A DNA stretch of 64,000 nt from Mycobacteriales bacterium (GCA_038276315.1 JBBPZY010000151.1:16659-80658), one strand, 5' to 3'; positions 11,375-22,273 are shown, numbered from the stretch's first letter. The notes: generated by a model from the sequence alone, not told the origin. Translations and numbers: made by a program.

Positions 11375-12444
11375 CCCGTGGGCAACGGCGCACCTGCAGG
11401 CCCGGAGACGCCGGCGTCGGCGAACGTGGCCATCTCGGCGAGTATCCGCACCGCCATCTGCACCAGTGGCAACGCGACCACCGCCCCTGAACCCTCGCCC
11501 AATCGCATACCCAGATCGAGGACGGGTGTCAACTCCAGATGCTTGAGCGCCAAGGTGTGCGCGGGTTCCACCGACCGGTGCCCGGCCACCCACCACTGCC
11601 GCGCTCCCGGCGCGAGTTCCTCGGCGAGCATTGCGGCCGCCCCGACGACCACGCCGTCGAGAATCACCGGCGTCCGCCGGACCGCTGCCTGAGCCAGGAA
11701 CCCGGCCATTGCCGCGATATCGGCACCGCCGGCGGTGCGCACCAGCGCGACCGGATCATTGACGACCGGGCGGGCCCGGCGTAATGCGTCGCGGATCGCC
11801 GCCGCCTTGCGCATCCAGCCGGCGTCGTCGACTCCGGTACCGCGGCCCACGACCGCCACCGGTTCGGTCCCGGTAAGTGCCGCGACAAGTACCGCGGCGG
11901 AGGTGGTGTTGCCGATCCCCATGTCACCCGCGACCAGCAGGTCGGCACCGCGGTCGACCTCCTCGTCGGCAATCGTGACGCCGGCGTCCAATGCCTGGGT
12001 CACTTCGGCGTCGGTGAGCGCATCCTGCAGGTGGATCGCGCCGCTGCCCCGGCGAACCTTGTGCCTGGTGACCAGCGGCGGTGCGCTCATACTGGCCAGG
12101 TCACACTCCACCGCCACATCGACCACCCGCACCGACGCCCCGGCCACCGCGGCGAGCACGTTCACCGCCGCCCCACCACTGAGAAAGTTGCCCACCATCT
12201 GCTGGGTGACCTCGCTGGGGTAGGCGGAGACTCCGTACTCGGCGACGCCGTGATCTCCGGCGAACACGACGACCTGCGGGCGGACGAACGGGTGCGGTGG
12301 GCAGGCCCCCTGACAGGCGGTTGCCCACACCCCCAACTCCTCCAGACGGCCCAACGAGCCCGGCGGCTTGGTGAGCTGCTCATGGCGGGCCACCGCTTCG
12401 CGGTGGGCCTGTTGGTCGGGTGGCGTGATCCTAGGGAACTGCAC
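11371..12444 (-). CDS. cobT: nicotinate-nucleotide--dimethylbenzimidazole phosphoribosyltransferase
   Basis: 357 aa. [11 protein letters not shown] and GDMGIGNTT motifs. Confidence 0.95.
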   Translation of the reverse strand: MQFPRITPPDQQAHREAVARHEQLTKPPGSLGRLEELGVWATACQGACPPHPFVRPQVVVFAGDHGVAEYGVSAYPSEVTQQMVGNFLSGGAAVNVLAAVAGASVRVVDVAVECDLASMSAPPLVTRHKVRRGSGAIHLQDALTDAEVTQALDAGVTIADEEVDRGADLLVAGDMGIGNTTSAAVLVAALTGTEPVAVVGRGTGVDDAGWMRKAAAIRDALRRARPVVNDPVALVRTAGGADIAAMAGFLAQAAVRRTPVILDGVVVGAAAMLAEELAPGARQWWVAGHRSVEPAHTLALKHLELTPVLDLGMRLGEGSGAVVALPLVQMAVRILAEMATFADAGVSGPAGAPLPTG

Positions 12445-12526
12445 TCGGTTCTCCTGGGTGTTCGGGGTCCGTCGCCTGGCCCATCATTCCCCATCCATAG
12501 GAGTTTGGCGGTGCCGGGCGATACCC

Positions 12527-12560
12527 GTCAGCGCAGCTTGACGGTCAGCGCAGCTTGACG
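12527..12560. repeat. perfect 17-bp tandem duplication spanning the cobU stop codon
   Basis: GTCAGCGCAGCTTGACG occurs twice back to back (12527-12543 and 12544-12560). Confidence 0.9.
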
Positions 12561-13069
12561 GTTAGCCCAGCCACCATGAGCAAGACCTCGTCACACACCG
12601 TGGCGAGCTGGGCATTCAGCACGCCCAGCTCGTCGCGGAACAGCCGCCCGGCGCGGGTCGGCGGTATGATGCCAAGCCCGACCTCCGCGCTGACCAGAAC
12701 CAGCCGTACCGGGCAGCCCGCCACCGCCGACACCAGCTCGGCGCACCGTGCGCGGCAGGCTCGGAGCGGTCGCGCGCCACCCTTCCAGGCGCCTGTGTCG
12801 TCCAGCTCGCCGGTCAGCCAGGTGGCGATGTCGTCGACCAACACCGGGACCCCGCCGGCGGCGCGTAGGACGGCGGGAAGGTCGGCCGGCTCAACGGTGT
12901 GCCAGCCCGGCGGCCTGCGGGCCACGTGCGCGGAGATCCGCGCTTCCCAGTCATCGTCGTCAGGCTGCTGCCGGGCGGTTGCCAGGTAGTCCACGTGCGC
13001 GTCGCACAGTAATTCCTCGGCGTAGGCAGACTTGCCTGAGCGCGCACCACCGAGCACCAGCGTCCGCAC
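12545..13069 (-). CDS. cobU: adenosylcobinamide kinase / adenosylcobinamide-phosphate guanylyltransferase
   Basis: P-loop LVLGGARSGKS sits close to the N-terminus if the GTG at 13069 is used (174 aa). The ORF track extends to 13186. Confidence 0.85.
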   Translation of the reverse strand: MRTLVLGGARSGKSAYAEELLCDAHVDYLATARQQPDDDDWEARISAHVARRPPGWHTVEPADLPAVLRAAGGVPVLVDDIATWLTGELDDTGAWKGGARPLRACRARCAELVSAVAGCPVRLVLVSAEVGLGIIPPTRAGRLFRDELGVLNAQLATVCDEVLLMVAGLTVKLR

Positions 13070-13127
13070 CCGCCTGACGCTACCGTCAGGCGCCGCGAGA
13101 TCAATGGCGGCAGACGGGAGTATGTCG

Positions 13128-13322
13128 ATGGCCCTGCGGTGGCGGTACCAGGATGTGGACGGCGGGCAGGCATCCGGCCCGGACATCAGCTTCGGCGATC
13201 AGGCCGACGCCGAAGAGTGGCTCGGCCTCGAATGGCAGGATCTGCTCGACAGTGGCGTTGCGGCGGTCACTCTGCTCGACGGGGAGTCTGTCGTTTACGG
13301 CCCGATGAGCTTGCGACCGTAG
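13128..13322 (+). CDS. small conserved-looking hypothetical protein (about 64 aa)
   Basis: MALRWRYQDVDGG...AVTLLDGESVVYGPMSL. A GGGAG lies 7 nt upstream of this ATG. Alternative starts are at 13104 and 13122. No family recognised. Confidence 0.4.
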   Translation: MALRWRYQDVDGGQASGPDISFGDQADAEEWLGLEWQDLLDSGVAAVTLLDGESVVYGPMSLRP

Positions 13323-13365
13323 TCAGCGCAGCACGGCGGACCCGGGCGCCCGTGCGCGGAACCGG

Positions 13366-14046
13366 TTACGGGATCGGGTCGCCGCGATCGAGCCGAGGCT
13401 TGGGCACGCGCAGCCGGCGCAGCTGGGTCGCTCGGGTCATCGCGTAAAAGCCGAGGCTCGCCCCGGACTCCGACGTCTTGGGGAACCGTTCGCGGACGCG
13501 ACGCGTGACTGTCCGGCCCAGCAGTACTCCCTCGACGATGATGGCAAGGAGCATCGCCATCGACACCAACGACACATACTGTTGCACTACCGGCGCGGGG
13601 ACCAGGATCACCACGATCACCAGCAGGGCCAGCGGCATGAACGCACCAGCGAGATGGCGCCGAGAATCCACCAGATCCCGGACGTAAGCCTTGACTGGGC
13701 CGCGGTCGCGAGCCAGCAGATATTTCTCGTCCCCCGCCAACATGCGTTCCCGGCGGTCCGCCGCGGCGTTGCGGCGTTGTTCCTTGGATCCGCGCATCCG
13801 GCGTAACGCTTCGCGCTGAGTACGAGGTGGGGGAGGCGCCGGGCCACGCTTGCGGCCCTCGGCCTCCCGGCGGCTGGGGGTGGGCTTGCCCTTGCCGACG
13901 TTGCGGGCTCGCTGGCCTAGATCATCCGGGTCGGCCGCTGCCTCCACCGCTGGCTCCGGCTCAGGATCGGTGGCTCCAGAGCCGGTATTGCCGCGCAGGA
14001 ACCTCACGGTGGCCAGCCTAGGCCAAGCACGGAGTAAGCCCTGCAT
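13366..14046 (-). CDS. DUF3043-family membrane protein (Rv2206-like)
   Basis: Basic N-terminal half (GKGKPTPSRREAEGRKRGP...) followed by two TM helices. The start is uncertain; an alternative GTG is at 14007. Confidence 0.8.
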   Translation of the reverse strand: MQGLLRAWPRLATVRFLRGNTGSGATDPEPEPAVEAAADPDDLGQRARNVGKGKPTPSRREAEGRKRGPAPPPPRTQREALRRMRGSKEQRRNAAADRRERMLAGDEKYLLARDRGPVKAYVRDLVDSRRHLAGAFMPLALLVIVVILVPAPVVQQYVSLVSMAMLLAIIVEGVLLGRTVTRRVRERFPKTSESGASLGFYAMTRATQLRRLRVPKPRLDRGDPIP

Positions 14047-14171
14047 CTGCTGGGGCGGACGATGAACGCGGACTGTGCCACCATGGGGATGGAATCACCC
14101 GTCGGTTGCGGACGTTCGCGTAGTGTAGAAACACCTGTCCGTGCCGAACGCCGATATCCCCAGGGAGAGTC

Positions 14172-14534
14172 ATGACCGTCGAGAACACCGTCGGCACCGA
14201 GGTGTCTACTCATGGTGTCGAGCTCACCACCGCTGCTGCCGCCAAGGCGAAGGCGCTGCTCGACCAAGAGGGCCGCGCCGACATGCACCTACGCATCGCT
14301 GTGCAGCCGGGTGGTTGTGCCGGGCTTCGCTACCAGCTTTTCTTCGATGAGCGCGCGCTGGACGGCGATGCCAAGCGGGACTTCAATGGTCTCGGCGTTG
14401 TTGTCGACCGGATGAGTGTGCCCTACCTGCAGGGTGCTGTGATCGATTTCGTGGACACGATCGAGAAGCAGGGCTTCACCATCGACAATCCCAACGCAGG
14501 TGGTTCCTGTGCCTGTGGGGACTCTTTCAACTGA
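14172..14534 (+). CDS. erpA: HesB/IscA-family iron-sulfur cluster insertion protein
   Basis: 120 aa. QPGGCAGLRY and C-terminal GGSCACGDSF motifs. Confidence 0.9.
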   Translation: MTVENTVGTEVSTHGVELTTAAAAKAKALLDQEGRADMHLRIAVQPGGCAGLRYQLFFDERALDGDAKRDFNGLGVVVDRMSVPYLQGAVIDFVDTIEKQGFTIDNPNAGGSCACGDSFN

Positions 14535-14549
14535 CTCGGCGGTCGGGCT

Positions 14550-14576
14550 CCCGTGCACGCGTTATACGTGCACGGG
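14550..14576. terminator. 10-bp perfect hairpin between erpA and the asnB remnant
   Basis: CCCGTGCACG-cgttata-CGTGCACGGG. No U-tract, as is common in actinobacteria. Confidence 0.45.
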
Positions 14577-15881
14577 ATAGCGCGGCTCGGGCACGACAGG
14601 AGTGATCCGCTGCTCGATGAAGATGCCGTGCCAGAGCATGAAGATCAGCACAGCCCAAATCCGCCTGCTGTGATCTCGCGGACCTGCGGTGCTCGTCGAG
14701 CATCCGGTGCACCGCCGCTAGGTCGAGGAATTCTGCGGTGCCCGAGTCGTCGACGATGCCGCGGCCCAGTCGTGCAATTCGTTGCATAGCCAGTGCCGAT
14801 CGGCACCGGAAAACCCAGTTTGCGCCGGTTCAGCACGTGCGCAGGCACGATATCGCGCAGTGCCCGGCGCAATGCGTACTCGGGTCGTAAACCGCGGAGC
14901 ACCCCGCGCAGCTGATCGTCGCGGAAGATCCGTGCGTTGCCGTAGTAGCGCTGTTCCAACGTCAACGCGCCCCGACGCAGCAGGTCCTTGCCCCGCACGC
15001 CCCGGGATCTGCGCGGAGATCCGGCCCAAGGTGCGGCGCAGCCCGCCAGGTACCCGTTCGAACGCGGCCAGCGACAGCGGTTCCCGGTAAATGGTGTAGC
15101 CGCTGAACAGCTCGTCGGCGCCCTCCCCTGATAGCACGACCTTGACCTGTTCCCTCGCCTCCCAGGCGATGAACCACAGTGGCACCAGCGCGGGGTCGGC
15201 CACTGGATCATCGAGATACCACACGATTAGCGGCAAGGCCTGGGCCAGCTCAGTGGCCGAGACGGTCCGAATAACGTGCCGCACTCCGAGAGCGGCCGCC
15301 GACTCCGCGGCCACGTCCACCTCCGAGTAGCCGTCCCGCTCGAAGCCGGCGGTGAAGTGATCAGATCTGGGTTATGTTCGCGGGCCAGCGCGGCGATCGC
15401 GGTGGAGTCGATCCCGCCGGAGAGAAATGCGCCGACGGTAACGTCAGCCCGCATGTGTTTGGCGACCGAATCCCGCATCGCCGCGGTGATGTCGTCGTGC
15501 AGCACTCGCACGTCGGCTTCCGACTGGATGAGACGGGCCGAAAATTGGGATGAAAGTAGCGCTCATTGATCGACTCGCCACCGAGGGATACGGTGAACGG
15601 TCCCTGAATCGATCCGCGTGATGCCGCTGTGCAGCGTTGCCGGCTCGGGCACGGTTCGGGCACGTACTGGAGGGTCAGATAGTGCTGTAGTGCTCGATGG
15701 TCTAGTTCTGTTGATACTCCCAGCGATGGCGCCAGCTCAAGCAGGCTTTTCTTCTCGCTCGCGAACGCCATCCCGTCTCGTCTGGTCCGCGGTGCCGCTG
15801 GCAGCGCAGTGCCGCGGTCACGTCCGCCACCCGCTGCGCTGCGTCCCGCTGCGCGGTCAATAGTCCCAGCAACCCGCACAC
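14562..15881 (-). pseudogene. asnB: asparagine synthetase (glutamine-hydrolysing) AsnB/LtsA, multiply frameshifted and internally deleted
   Basis: The native start is retained: GAAGGAGAGG SD, then GTG-TGC giving VCGLLGLL...RHRGPDETG. The native C-terminus is retained: DHSRRIWAVLIFMLWHGIFIEQRITPVVPEPRYPVHV*. Homologous blocks (FASEKKSLLEL, VPEPATLHSGITRIDSG, AFLSGGIDSTAIAALA, VVLSGEGADELFSGYTIYREP, LTLEQRYYGNAR, KLGFPVPI, AAVHRMLDEHR) are spread over all three frames. Total length is 1.32 kb against about 1.95 kb expected. Confidence 0.9.
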
Positions 15882-16065
15882 GAGCTCACCTCTCCTTCGC
15901 GGCCGAACCTGGCAGGGGACCGCCAGCTAGAGACCCCATGGCGGCCCAGTATGACGCCCGAGTCGCCGGGCCACTCGCCACCCGGGCGAGCTTTGGCGAT
16001 AGTCCTGGTTTAGGCTCCAGCCAGTGGGCTGCCTGGCCGCATCGGCCGACGAGGAGGAACGACGC

Positions 16066-17037
16066 GTGATCGGTGTGGTCCGTCCCCGAGCGGTTCGGCT
16101 GCTGAAGGTTGCCGGGCTTGCCGGAATGATCGCCTTCTCCGCCACCGGGTGCTGGGACGGTGTATACCACGTGTTCGCCTTCGGCTGGCCGGAGGGAATC
16201 ACTCCGCAGGCCGAGCGGATGCGCGACCTGTGGATCTGGGCGACCGTGGCCGCGCTGGTGATCGGCGGAATCGTCGCAGGGTTGATCGCGTGGACGGTTA
16301 TCTTCCACCGCAAGAGATCCGACGATATGCCCCGGCAGACCCAGTACAACCTCCCTCTGGAGATCATTTATACAGTCATCCCATTCGTGATCATTTCAGT
16401 GCTTTTTTACTACACGGTGACAGCGCAGGATTTCGTCCTCGCCAAAGTCAGTAACCCCGATCTACGAGTGAGAGTGGTCGGTTTCCAATGGAACTGGGAA
16501 TTCCAGTATCTCCAGGACCAGCCCGGTAAGGGCGGCAAGTATCAGGTCAGGAGGACGGCGGACGGCGAACCGCTTTCCACCGTCGGCTCATCGAGTACCA
16601 TCCCGCTGCTGGTAGTGCCGACCAATCGGGTTGTGGAATACCGGCTCGAGTCTACAGACGTGTTGCACTCGTTCTACATCCCAGATTTTCTCTTCAAGCG
16701 TGACGTGTTTCCGTACCCGGAGAAAAACGATACCGACAACGTGTTCCAGACAACGGTGCAGCGCCAAGGAGCTTTTGTGGGCCGCTGCGCCGAGCTGTGT
16801 GGCACCTACCACTCGATGATGAACTTCGAGCTTCGGGCATTGCCACCGAACCTTTTCGACCGTTATCTGGCCTTGCGGGCTCAGACCAACCCGCGGACCC
16901 ACCGGTCCTACACCGCTGGTGAGGCGCTGGCGCAGCTGAACTGCGGGGCGCTTTGCGCCCCCGAGGCAGTGACCACCTCCCCGTTCGACACTGACCGTGG
17001 CGTCCGCGCGGTTCAGCAGGCACGGGAGGGCCACTGA
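16066..17037 (+). CDS. ctaC: cytochrome c oxidase subunit II
   Basis: CuA site CAELCGTYHSMM and a lipoprotein-like signal ending in SATGC. I preferred the GTG at 16066 because GAGGAGGAA lies 8 nt upstream. The ORF track starts at 16024. Confidence 0.95.
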   Translation: MIGVVRPRAVRLLKVAGLAGMIAFSATGCWDGVYHVFAFGWPEGITPQAERMRDLWIWATVAALVIGGIVAGLIAWTVIFHRKRSDDMPRQTQYNLPLEIIYTVIPFVIISVLFYYTVTAQDFVLAKVSNPDLRVRVVGFQWNWEFQYLQDQPGKGGKYQVRRTADGEPLSTVGSSSTIPLLVVPTNRVVEYRLESTDVLHSFYIPDFLFKRDVFPYPEKNDTDNVFQTTVQRQGAFVGRCAELCGTYHSMMNFELRALPPNLFDRYLALRAQTNPRTHRSYTAGEALAQLNCGALCAPEAVTTSPFDTDRGVRAVQQAREGH

Positions 17038-17080
17038 CCTTCAGCATCGAACGGGTCCCGTCTGAGAGTGAGGCAGCATC

Positions 17081-17482
17081 ATGAGGATCGAGGCGCGGAT
17101 CTTCGAGATCATCACAGGGTTCTTCTTCGTGTCCGCGGTGATGTACGGCATCTTCTCACATGGGGAGCCGGTGGGGTCAGTAGCGATAGCACTGACCGGC
17201 GGATTGACGCTCATCGTCGGCACCTATTTCCGATTCGTCTCCCGACGAGTTCGGATGCGCCCCGAGGACAACCTTGAGGCCGAGGTTTCGGACGGTGCTG
17301 GTGAGCTCGGGTTCTTCTCACCCGGTAGCTACTGGCCGATCGGGATGGCCGGGTCGGCCAGCGTGATCGGGCTCGCACTGGCTTTCGACCTGTGGTGGAT
17401 GGTGGCTATCGGCATCGCACTGATCCTCGGCACCGTCGGTGGCCTGGTCTTCGAGTACCACGTCAGCCCCAGATCAGAGTAA
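17081..17482 (+). CDS. ctaF: cytochrome c oxidase subunit IV (CtaF)
   Basis: 133 aa with 4 TM helices. MRIEARIFEIITGFFF is the start typical of actinobacterial CtaF, and the gene sits directly after ctaC. Confidence 0.9.
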   Translation: MRIEARIFEIITGFFFVSAVMYGIFSHGEPVGSVAIALTGGLTLIVGTYFRFVSRRVRMRPEDNLEAEVSDGAGELGFFSPGSYWPIGMAGSASVIGLALAFDLWWMVAIGIALILGTVGGLVFEYHVSPRSE

Positions 17483-17798
17483 GCGGTCGGGTCGGTCAGC
17501 GTTCACGGTGCCATGGCCTCGACGACGAGGAGAAGGTCCGCCGGACGCCGGGCTGTAGACGGCGCCGCGCCTGTTGATGTGTTCGAAGCCGATCATCAGG
17601 TCCCAGCCGCCCGCGGCGACACGCCACAGCACCCTGGCCCGAGGTCGAACGAGATAGGATTTACGGCTGCCTCGCACCCGCTGCGTCCATGCGTCCCGAT
17701 GGTCTTGGCGGCATCCCCTTGACGAATACCCAGCCGGTGGTGTGCCGGGAGCTGTGTTCACGGCACGGCACGAGGTGCCCTTTCCGGCGGCGCGACGG

Positions 17799-19451
17799 TT
17801 AGTCGTTGAGCTGGTGGGGACGGCTGGACGCCTTTCGTCCCGCGCCGTTGGTGCTGCCGTTGGTGCTGACCCCGTTGCCGGTGGCGGCGTCGTGACGAGC
17901 TTTCTCCAGCGCCCTGGTCTGCTCCGCAGGATCTGGACGGAATGTGGATCCAGGTACCGGAGCGCCAGCCGAACCCAGTTGGTTCATCCGCTTGGGCACC
18001 CGGGCGCCCTGGTACTCCAGCGGAAGGGGATGGCCGTGCTCGTCCACTCCGCCGAGAGGCTGGTGAAGTTCAATGAACTCGCCGTGTGGCAGGCGCTTGA
18101 TGATGCCCGTCTCAATACCGTGTTCCAGGATCGACCGGTCGGCGCGCTGCAGACCGAGGCAGATCCGGTAGGTGACGTAATAGGCGATCGGTGGCAGCAA
18201 CAGCAGGCCAATGCGGCCCGCCCAGGTGGTGGCGTTCAACGAGATGTCGAACGTGTACGCGATCACGTCGTTGCCGCCCGAGAGCAGTAGCACGAACATG
18301 AACGAGGCCGCCATCATGCCCAACCCCGTGCGTACCGGGACGTCCCGCGGTCGCTGCAGCAGGTTGTGCGAAGCGTTGTCCTTGGTGAGCTTGCGCTCAA
18401 TCGTTGGGTACGCGAAGGCCAGGCCGAACATGATGCCGGGGATCACCATCGTCGGCCAGAACGACGCTGGGATCATGTAGTTGCCGAGGTAGATCTCCCA
18501 GGCGGGCCAGAGCCGGGTGGAACCGTCGAGCCAACCGACATACCAGTCGGGCTGCGAGGCCGCTGACACCTGAGCAGGGTTATATGGGCCGAAGTTCCAT
18601 ATCGGGTTGATCTGGAACAGCCCCGCCAGGAGGCAGATCACACCGATGTTCGTCAACGCAAAGCCGCTGGCCTTCGTCGCGAAGACCGGCAGGATGCGGA
18701 CGCCGACCACGTTGCGCTCGGTGCGCCCCGGACCGGGGAACTGGGTGTGCTTCTGGTACCAGACAAGCCCGAGGTGCACGGCGATGAGCGCCAGTAGGAT
18801 TCCCGGAATCAGCAGTACATGGACGATGAAGAACCGAGGAATGATCAAAGTACCGGGGAACTCGCCGCCGAAGATCGCCCACTGCAACCAGGTGCCGATC
18901 ACTGGTGGCGACATGATGATCGACGAGATGATCCGCAGCCCGGTTCCCGAAAGCAGGTCATCAGGCAGTGAGTACCCGGTGAGACCCTCGAGTCCGGCCA
19001 GGATGGCGATGGTGACGCCGATCGTCCAGTTCGTCTCACGCGGCTTGCGGAACGCGCCGGTGAAGAAGGTACGGAACATGTGGGCCACGATCGCGGCGAC
19101 GAACAGCAACGCCGCCCAGTGGTGCACCTGGCGGATGAACAGCCCACCACGGACATCGAAGGATAGCTGCAGGGTCGACTCGAACGCCCGGGACATCTCG
19201 ATCCCGCGGAGGTTCTGGTAGACGCCGTTGTACGTGACATCTTCCATGGAGGGGTCGAAGAACAGCGTGAGGTATGTCCCGGACAGCAGCAGCACGATGA
19301 AGGTGTTCAGAGCGATCTCGCCGAGCATGAACGACCAGTGCGTCGGGAAGACCTTGTTGACCTGCCGGCGCATGCCAGCGGCCAGGTGAAATCGCTGATC
19401 GAGCTCGTCGGCTGCCTTGCCGGCCTTGGTCGGTGTCGTCATCGCGCTCAT
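17799..19451 (-). CDS. qcrB: cytochrome bc1 complex cytochrome b subunit
   Basis: 550 aa, polytopic. The ATG overlaps the qcrA TGA (ATGA). Confidence 0.95.
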   Translation of the reverse strand: MSAMTTPTKAGKAADELDQRFHLAAGMRRQVNKVFPTHWSFMLGEIALNTFIVLLLSGTYLTLFFDPSMEDVTYNGVYQNLRGIEMSRAFESTLQLSFDVRGGLFIRQVHHWAALLFVAAIVAHMFRTFFTGAFRKPRETNWTIGVTIAILAGLEGLTGYSLPDDLLSGTGLRIISSIIMSPPVIGTWLQWAIFGGEFPGTLIIPRFFIVHVLLIPGILLALIAVHLGLVWYQKHTQFPGPGRTERNVVGVRILPVFATKASGFALTNIGVICLLAGLFQINPIWNFGPYNPAQVSAASQPDWYVGWLDGSTRLWPAWEIYLGNYMIPASFWPTMVIPGIMFGLAFAYPTIERKLTKDNASHNLLQRPRDVPVRTGLGMMAASFMFVLLLSGGNDVIAYTFDISLNATTWAGRIGLLLLPPIAYYVTYRICLGLQRADRSILEHGIETGIIKRLPHGEFIELHQPLGGVDEHGHPLPLEYQGARVPKRMNQLGSAGAPVPGSTFRPDPAEQTRALEKARHDAATGNGVSTNGSTNGAGRKASSRPHQLND

Positions 19452-20590
19452 GACCTCCGCTCCCAGAACGCTGGTCCGACGGGCTCGATGAAGTCGCCCT
19501 TGGCGTAGAAGTAACCCTCATCGTTCACGGCGATGTGCAGCTGTGGCAAGGCCCTGGTGGCTGGACCGAAGATTGGCTTCGCGTATTCCAGCATGTCGAA
19601 CTGCGACTGGTGGCATGGGCACAGCAACCGCGCGTCCTGACTTTCGTAGAGCGAAGCGGGGCAACCCAGGTGGGTGCAGATCTTCGAGTACGCGTAGAAG
19701 TCGCCGTAGTGGAAGTTGACCTGGCCCTTGCGTTGGATTACCTGCGTTGCCTGCTCGGGCCGCAACCGGATGAGCATCACGGGGCTGTCGGATGCTCGCA
19801 GCGCGTCGTGCGCCTGCTTTTCCGACCATGATCGCTTGTACGGAAAGACCGTGGCGATGGAGCCGGCGGCGAGGTCTTCGGGGCGCGCCAGGGTGAGCTG
19901 TGCGGAGTCATAGCGTAGGAACACCGGCTCACCGTTGTAAGAGGCCCAGGGCGTGACCCACAGCGCGGCGCGACCCCCACCCTTCCACGGGTTGCTCACC
20001 AGACCACCCAGCGCGAAGACCCCCACTCCGATACCGAAAACTCCGCCACCGAGCGCGGCCGCTCGTTTGATCATGGATCGCCGACCGATGTGGCTGCTGG
20101 CGGCAGAGTCGGCCAGGATCGCGCTCGCGGTCAGCCGATCGACTTCTGCGGAGCCACCGATGTGGCGCTCCTGCACCGCGGTCTCGTGCGGTAGCAGATC
20201 TTTCGCGTAGGCGATCGTCCCGGCGCCGATGGCGAATACGGTTAGCCCGAAAAGCACTCCGATGATCGGCGTGTAGAGCTGATAGAGCAGGTGCCGGTTG
20301 CCGGGGCTTCCGGGCGGGGCGTACTCGAAGGGAAAGAACAGGTAGGCCGCCAGGAAACCCAACCCGGCCAACGCAGCGATGAGAAACCACCGCGCGACCT
20401 TGCGTTCGGTGCGCTTCTCCGCACGGGTTCCCGGCACCGGGAAGGGATCGTCCCGGTGCTCTATGGTCACCCCGTCCAGCGCCGAGCCCAGCCGAACCAG
20501 CTCTTCGTGGCTCGCCGTCGACAGGTCGGCATCGCTCGGGGGTCTTTGCTGCCCAGTTGACCCTCCGGTAGTGCCTCCGTGGCCGCTCAT
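19448..20590 (-). CDS. qcrA: cytochrome bc1 complex Rieske iron-sulfur subunit
   Basis: CTHLGCP...CPCHQSQF Rieske motifs. The ATG at 20590 overlaps the qcrC TGA. The ORF track extends to 20608. Confidence 0.95.
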   Translation of the reverse strand: MSGHGGTTGGSTGQQRPPSDADLSTASHEELVRLGSALDGVTIEHRDDPFPVPGTRAEKRTERKVARWFLIAALAGLGFLAAYLFFPFEYAPPGSPGNRHLLYQLYTPIIGVLFGLTVFAIGAGTIAYAKDLLPHETAVQERHIGGSAEVDRLTASAILADSAASSHIGRRSMIKRAAALGGGVFGIGVGVFALGGLVSNPWKGGGRAALWVTPWASYNGEPVFLRYDSAQLTLARPEDLAAGSIATVFPYKRSWSEKQAHDALRASDSPVMLIRLRPEQATQVIQRKGQVNFHYGDFYAYSKICTHLGCPASLYESQDARLLCPCHQSQFDMLEYAKPIFGPATRALPQLHIAVNDEGYFYAKGDFIEPVGPAFWERRS

Positions 20591-21444
20591 GCCTTCGATC
20601 CGATCCACAGTGTCACGCCGACCAGCGCCGAGATACCGATGATCCAGGAGACCAGACCCTCCGGCACCGGCCCGAAGCCACCGAGGGGGTAGCCACCGGG
20701 GTTGTTAGGGTCAGCGCTGATCGAGCGCACGTAGGCGATGAGGTCTCGCTTGTCCTGCAGAGTCAGCTGCCGGTCGGAGAACCTGGGCATGCTCTGCGGT
20801 CCGCTGATCATCGCGCTGTAGACCTGCTGGGGATCCACGTTCTTAATCGCGGGCGCGTACTTGCCGGAGGACAGCGCGATCCCGCGCCCGGTGAAGTTGT
20901 GGCAGGACGCGCAGTTGAGCCGGAAGAGATCACCACCGTGAGCCGGGTCACCGCCGGCAAGGGTGCCCTTCGACGGGACCATCGGACCGCCACCGTTGGC
21001 CTGCACGAAGGCGCCCAACGCGTCGATCTGCTGGGGGGTGAACCTGACCGGCTTCTGGGCGATTTGCGCCTCCTGCCGGCTCGCCGGCATCCGCCCGGTG
21101 GAAACTTGGAAGTAAACCGCAGCCTCGCCAACGCCTATCAGGCTTGGGCCACGAGCATTCACCCCCTGCAGGTTAGTGCCGTGGCAGCTGATGCAGGCGT
21201 TGTTGTAGAGCTGCTCACCCTGGCGCACCAGCGCCGGATCCGCCTGGGCGCGCGCGGTCTGAGGCTGCGGAGCGAACACCGCATACAGGGCGCCGGCAGA
21301 CAGCAGCGCCACAGCGAGTGCGAGCATCGCCGACAACCTCCGACGCAAGCGGCTACGTCCCCCCCGCTGCACTCCTTGACCCGATGCCCTCGGTGGGTTC
21401 GATCCAGTGGGGCCCGATCGGCCGTCGGGTGTGTCGCTGCTCAT
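20587..21444 (-). CDS. qcrC: cytochrome bc1 complex diheme cytochrome c subunit
   Basis: Two CxxCH haem motifs (CISCHG, CASCHN) and a C-terminal TM helix. Confidence 0.95.
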   Translation of the reverse strand: MSSDTPDGRSGPTGSNPPRASGQGVQRGGRSRLRRRLSAMLALAVALLSAGALYAVFAPQPQTARAQADPALVRQGEQLYNNACISCHGTNLQGVNARGPSLIGVGEAAVYFQVSTGRMPASRQEAQIAQKPVRFTPQQIDALGAFVQANGGGPMVPSKGTLAGGDPAHGGDLFRLNCASCHNFTGRGIALSSGKYAPAIKNVDPQQVYSAMISGPQSMPRFSDRQLTLQDKRDLIAYVRSISADPNNPGGYPLGGFGPVPEGLVSWIIGISALVGVTLWIGSKA

Positions 21445-21530
21445 CGGTCTCCGCTACCCCTGCTGTCTCGTTCCGGTTCGGTGCGCTAGCCGGGTCGGGG
21501 CCTTCCTCAGCGGGCCTCCTCGCTCCGGTA

Positions 21531-22169
21531 TCAGGGCAAGATATAGATGACGGCGAACAACCCGATCCAGACCACGTCGACGAAGTGCCAGTAGTACGAG
21601 ACAACGATCGCAGAAGTGGCCTGTGCCGGGGTGAATTTGCTCAGCTTCGTCCGGACGATCAGGAAGATGAACGCGATCAGACCGCCGGTCACATGCAAGG
21701 CGTGAAATCCGGTGAGCAGGTAGAACACAGTCCCGAAGGCCCCCGACGGGATGGTGATGCCCTCACCGATCATCGTGCGGTACTCGTTCGCGGCCCCGAC
21801 GACGAAGAACAGGCCCATGGCGAATGTGATCGAGTACCACAGCCGAAGCCCGAAGACATCGCCCTGCTCCGCCTTGAAGACTCCCCACTGACAGGTGAAC
21901 GATGAGGCGACCAGTACGATCGTGATCACCAGCGCATAGGGTACGTCGAGGTGGATCGGCTCCCCGGTGGATGCCAGGATCGGCGGCCACGGGCCGTCAT
22001 GCTGTGCCTTCACCGTGAAGAACATCGCGAACAGACCGGCGAAGAACATCAGCTCGCTGGACAGCCAGACGATCGTGCCCACGCTGACCATGTTGGGCCG
22101 GTTCAGCGAGTGCACCCGTTGGCTGATGGAGGGCGCAGCCAGGCTGGACGAGGGGGTCACGCCAAGCAT
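21531..22169 (-). CDS. ctaE: cytochrome c oxidase subunit III
   Basis: 212 aa, polytopic. [10 protein letters not shown] motif. Confidence 0.95.
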   Translation of the reverse strand: MLGVTPSSSLAAPSISQRVHSLNRPNMVSVGTIVWLSSELMFFAGLFAMFFTVKAQHDGPWPPILASTGEPIHLDVPYALVITIVLVASSFTCQWGVFKAEQGDVFGLRLWYSITFAMGLFFVVGAANEYRTMIGEGITIPSGAFGTVFYLLTGFHALHVTGGLIAFIFLIVRTKLSKFTPAQATSAIVVSYYWHFVDVVWIGLFAVIYILP

Positions 22170-22273
22170 TATGACGAACGGTCTCGGCCTCGACGGGACC
22201 GGGGCCGACGGATGCCGCGAAGAGTGAGGAGGCTAACGCAATTCCTGCTCGAACAGCGGTATGCGAGGGCACA

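Noticed and set aside
11375-11596. N-terminal extension of the cobS ORF (323 aa in the ORF track)
   Set aside because: The extension lies inside cobT in another frame and is Arg/Gly-rich. The GTGA-coupled start at 11374 gives the canonical length of about 250 aa.
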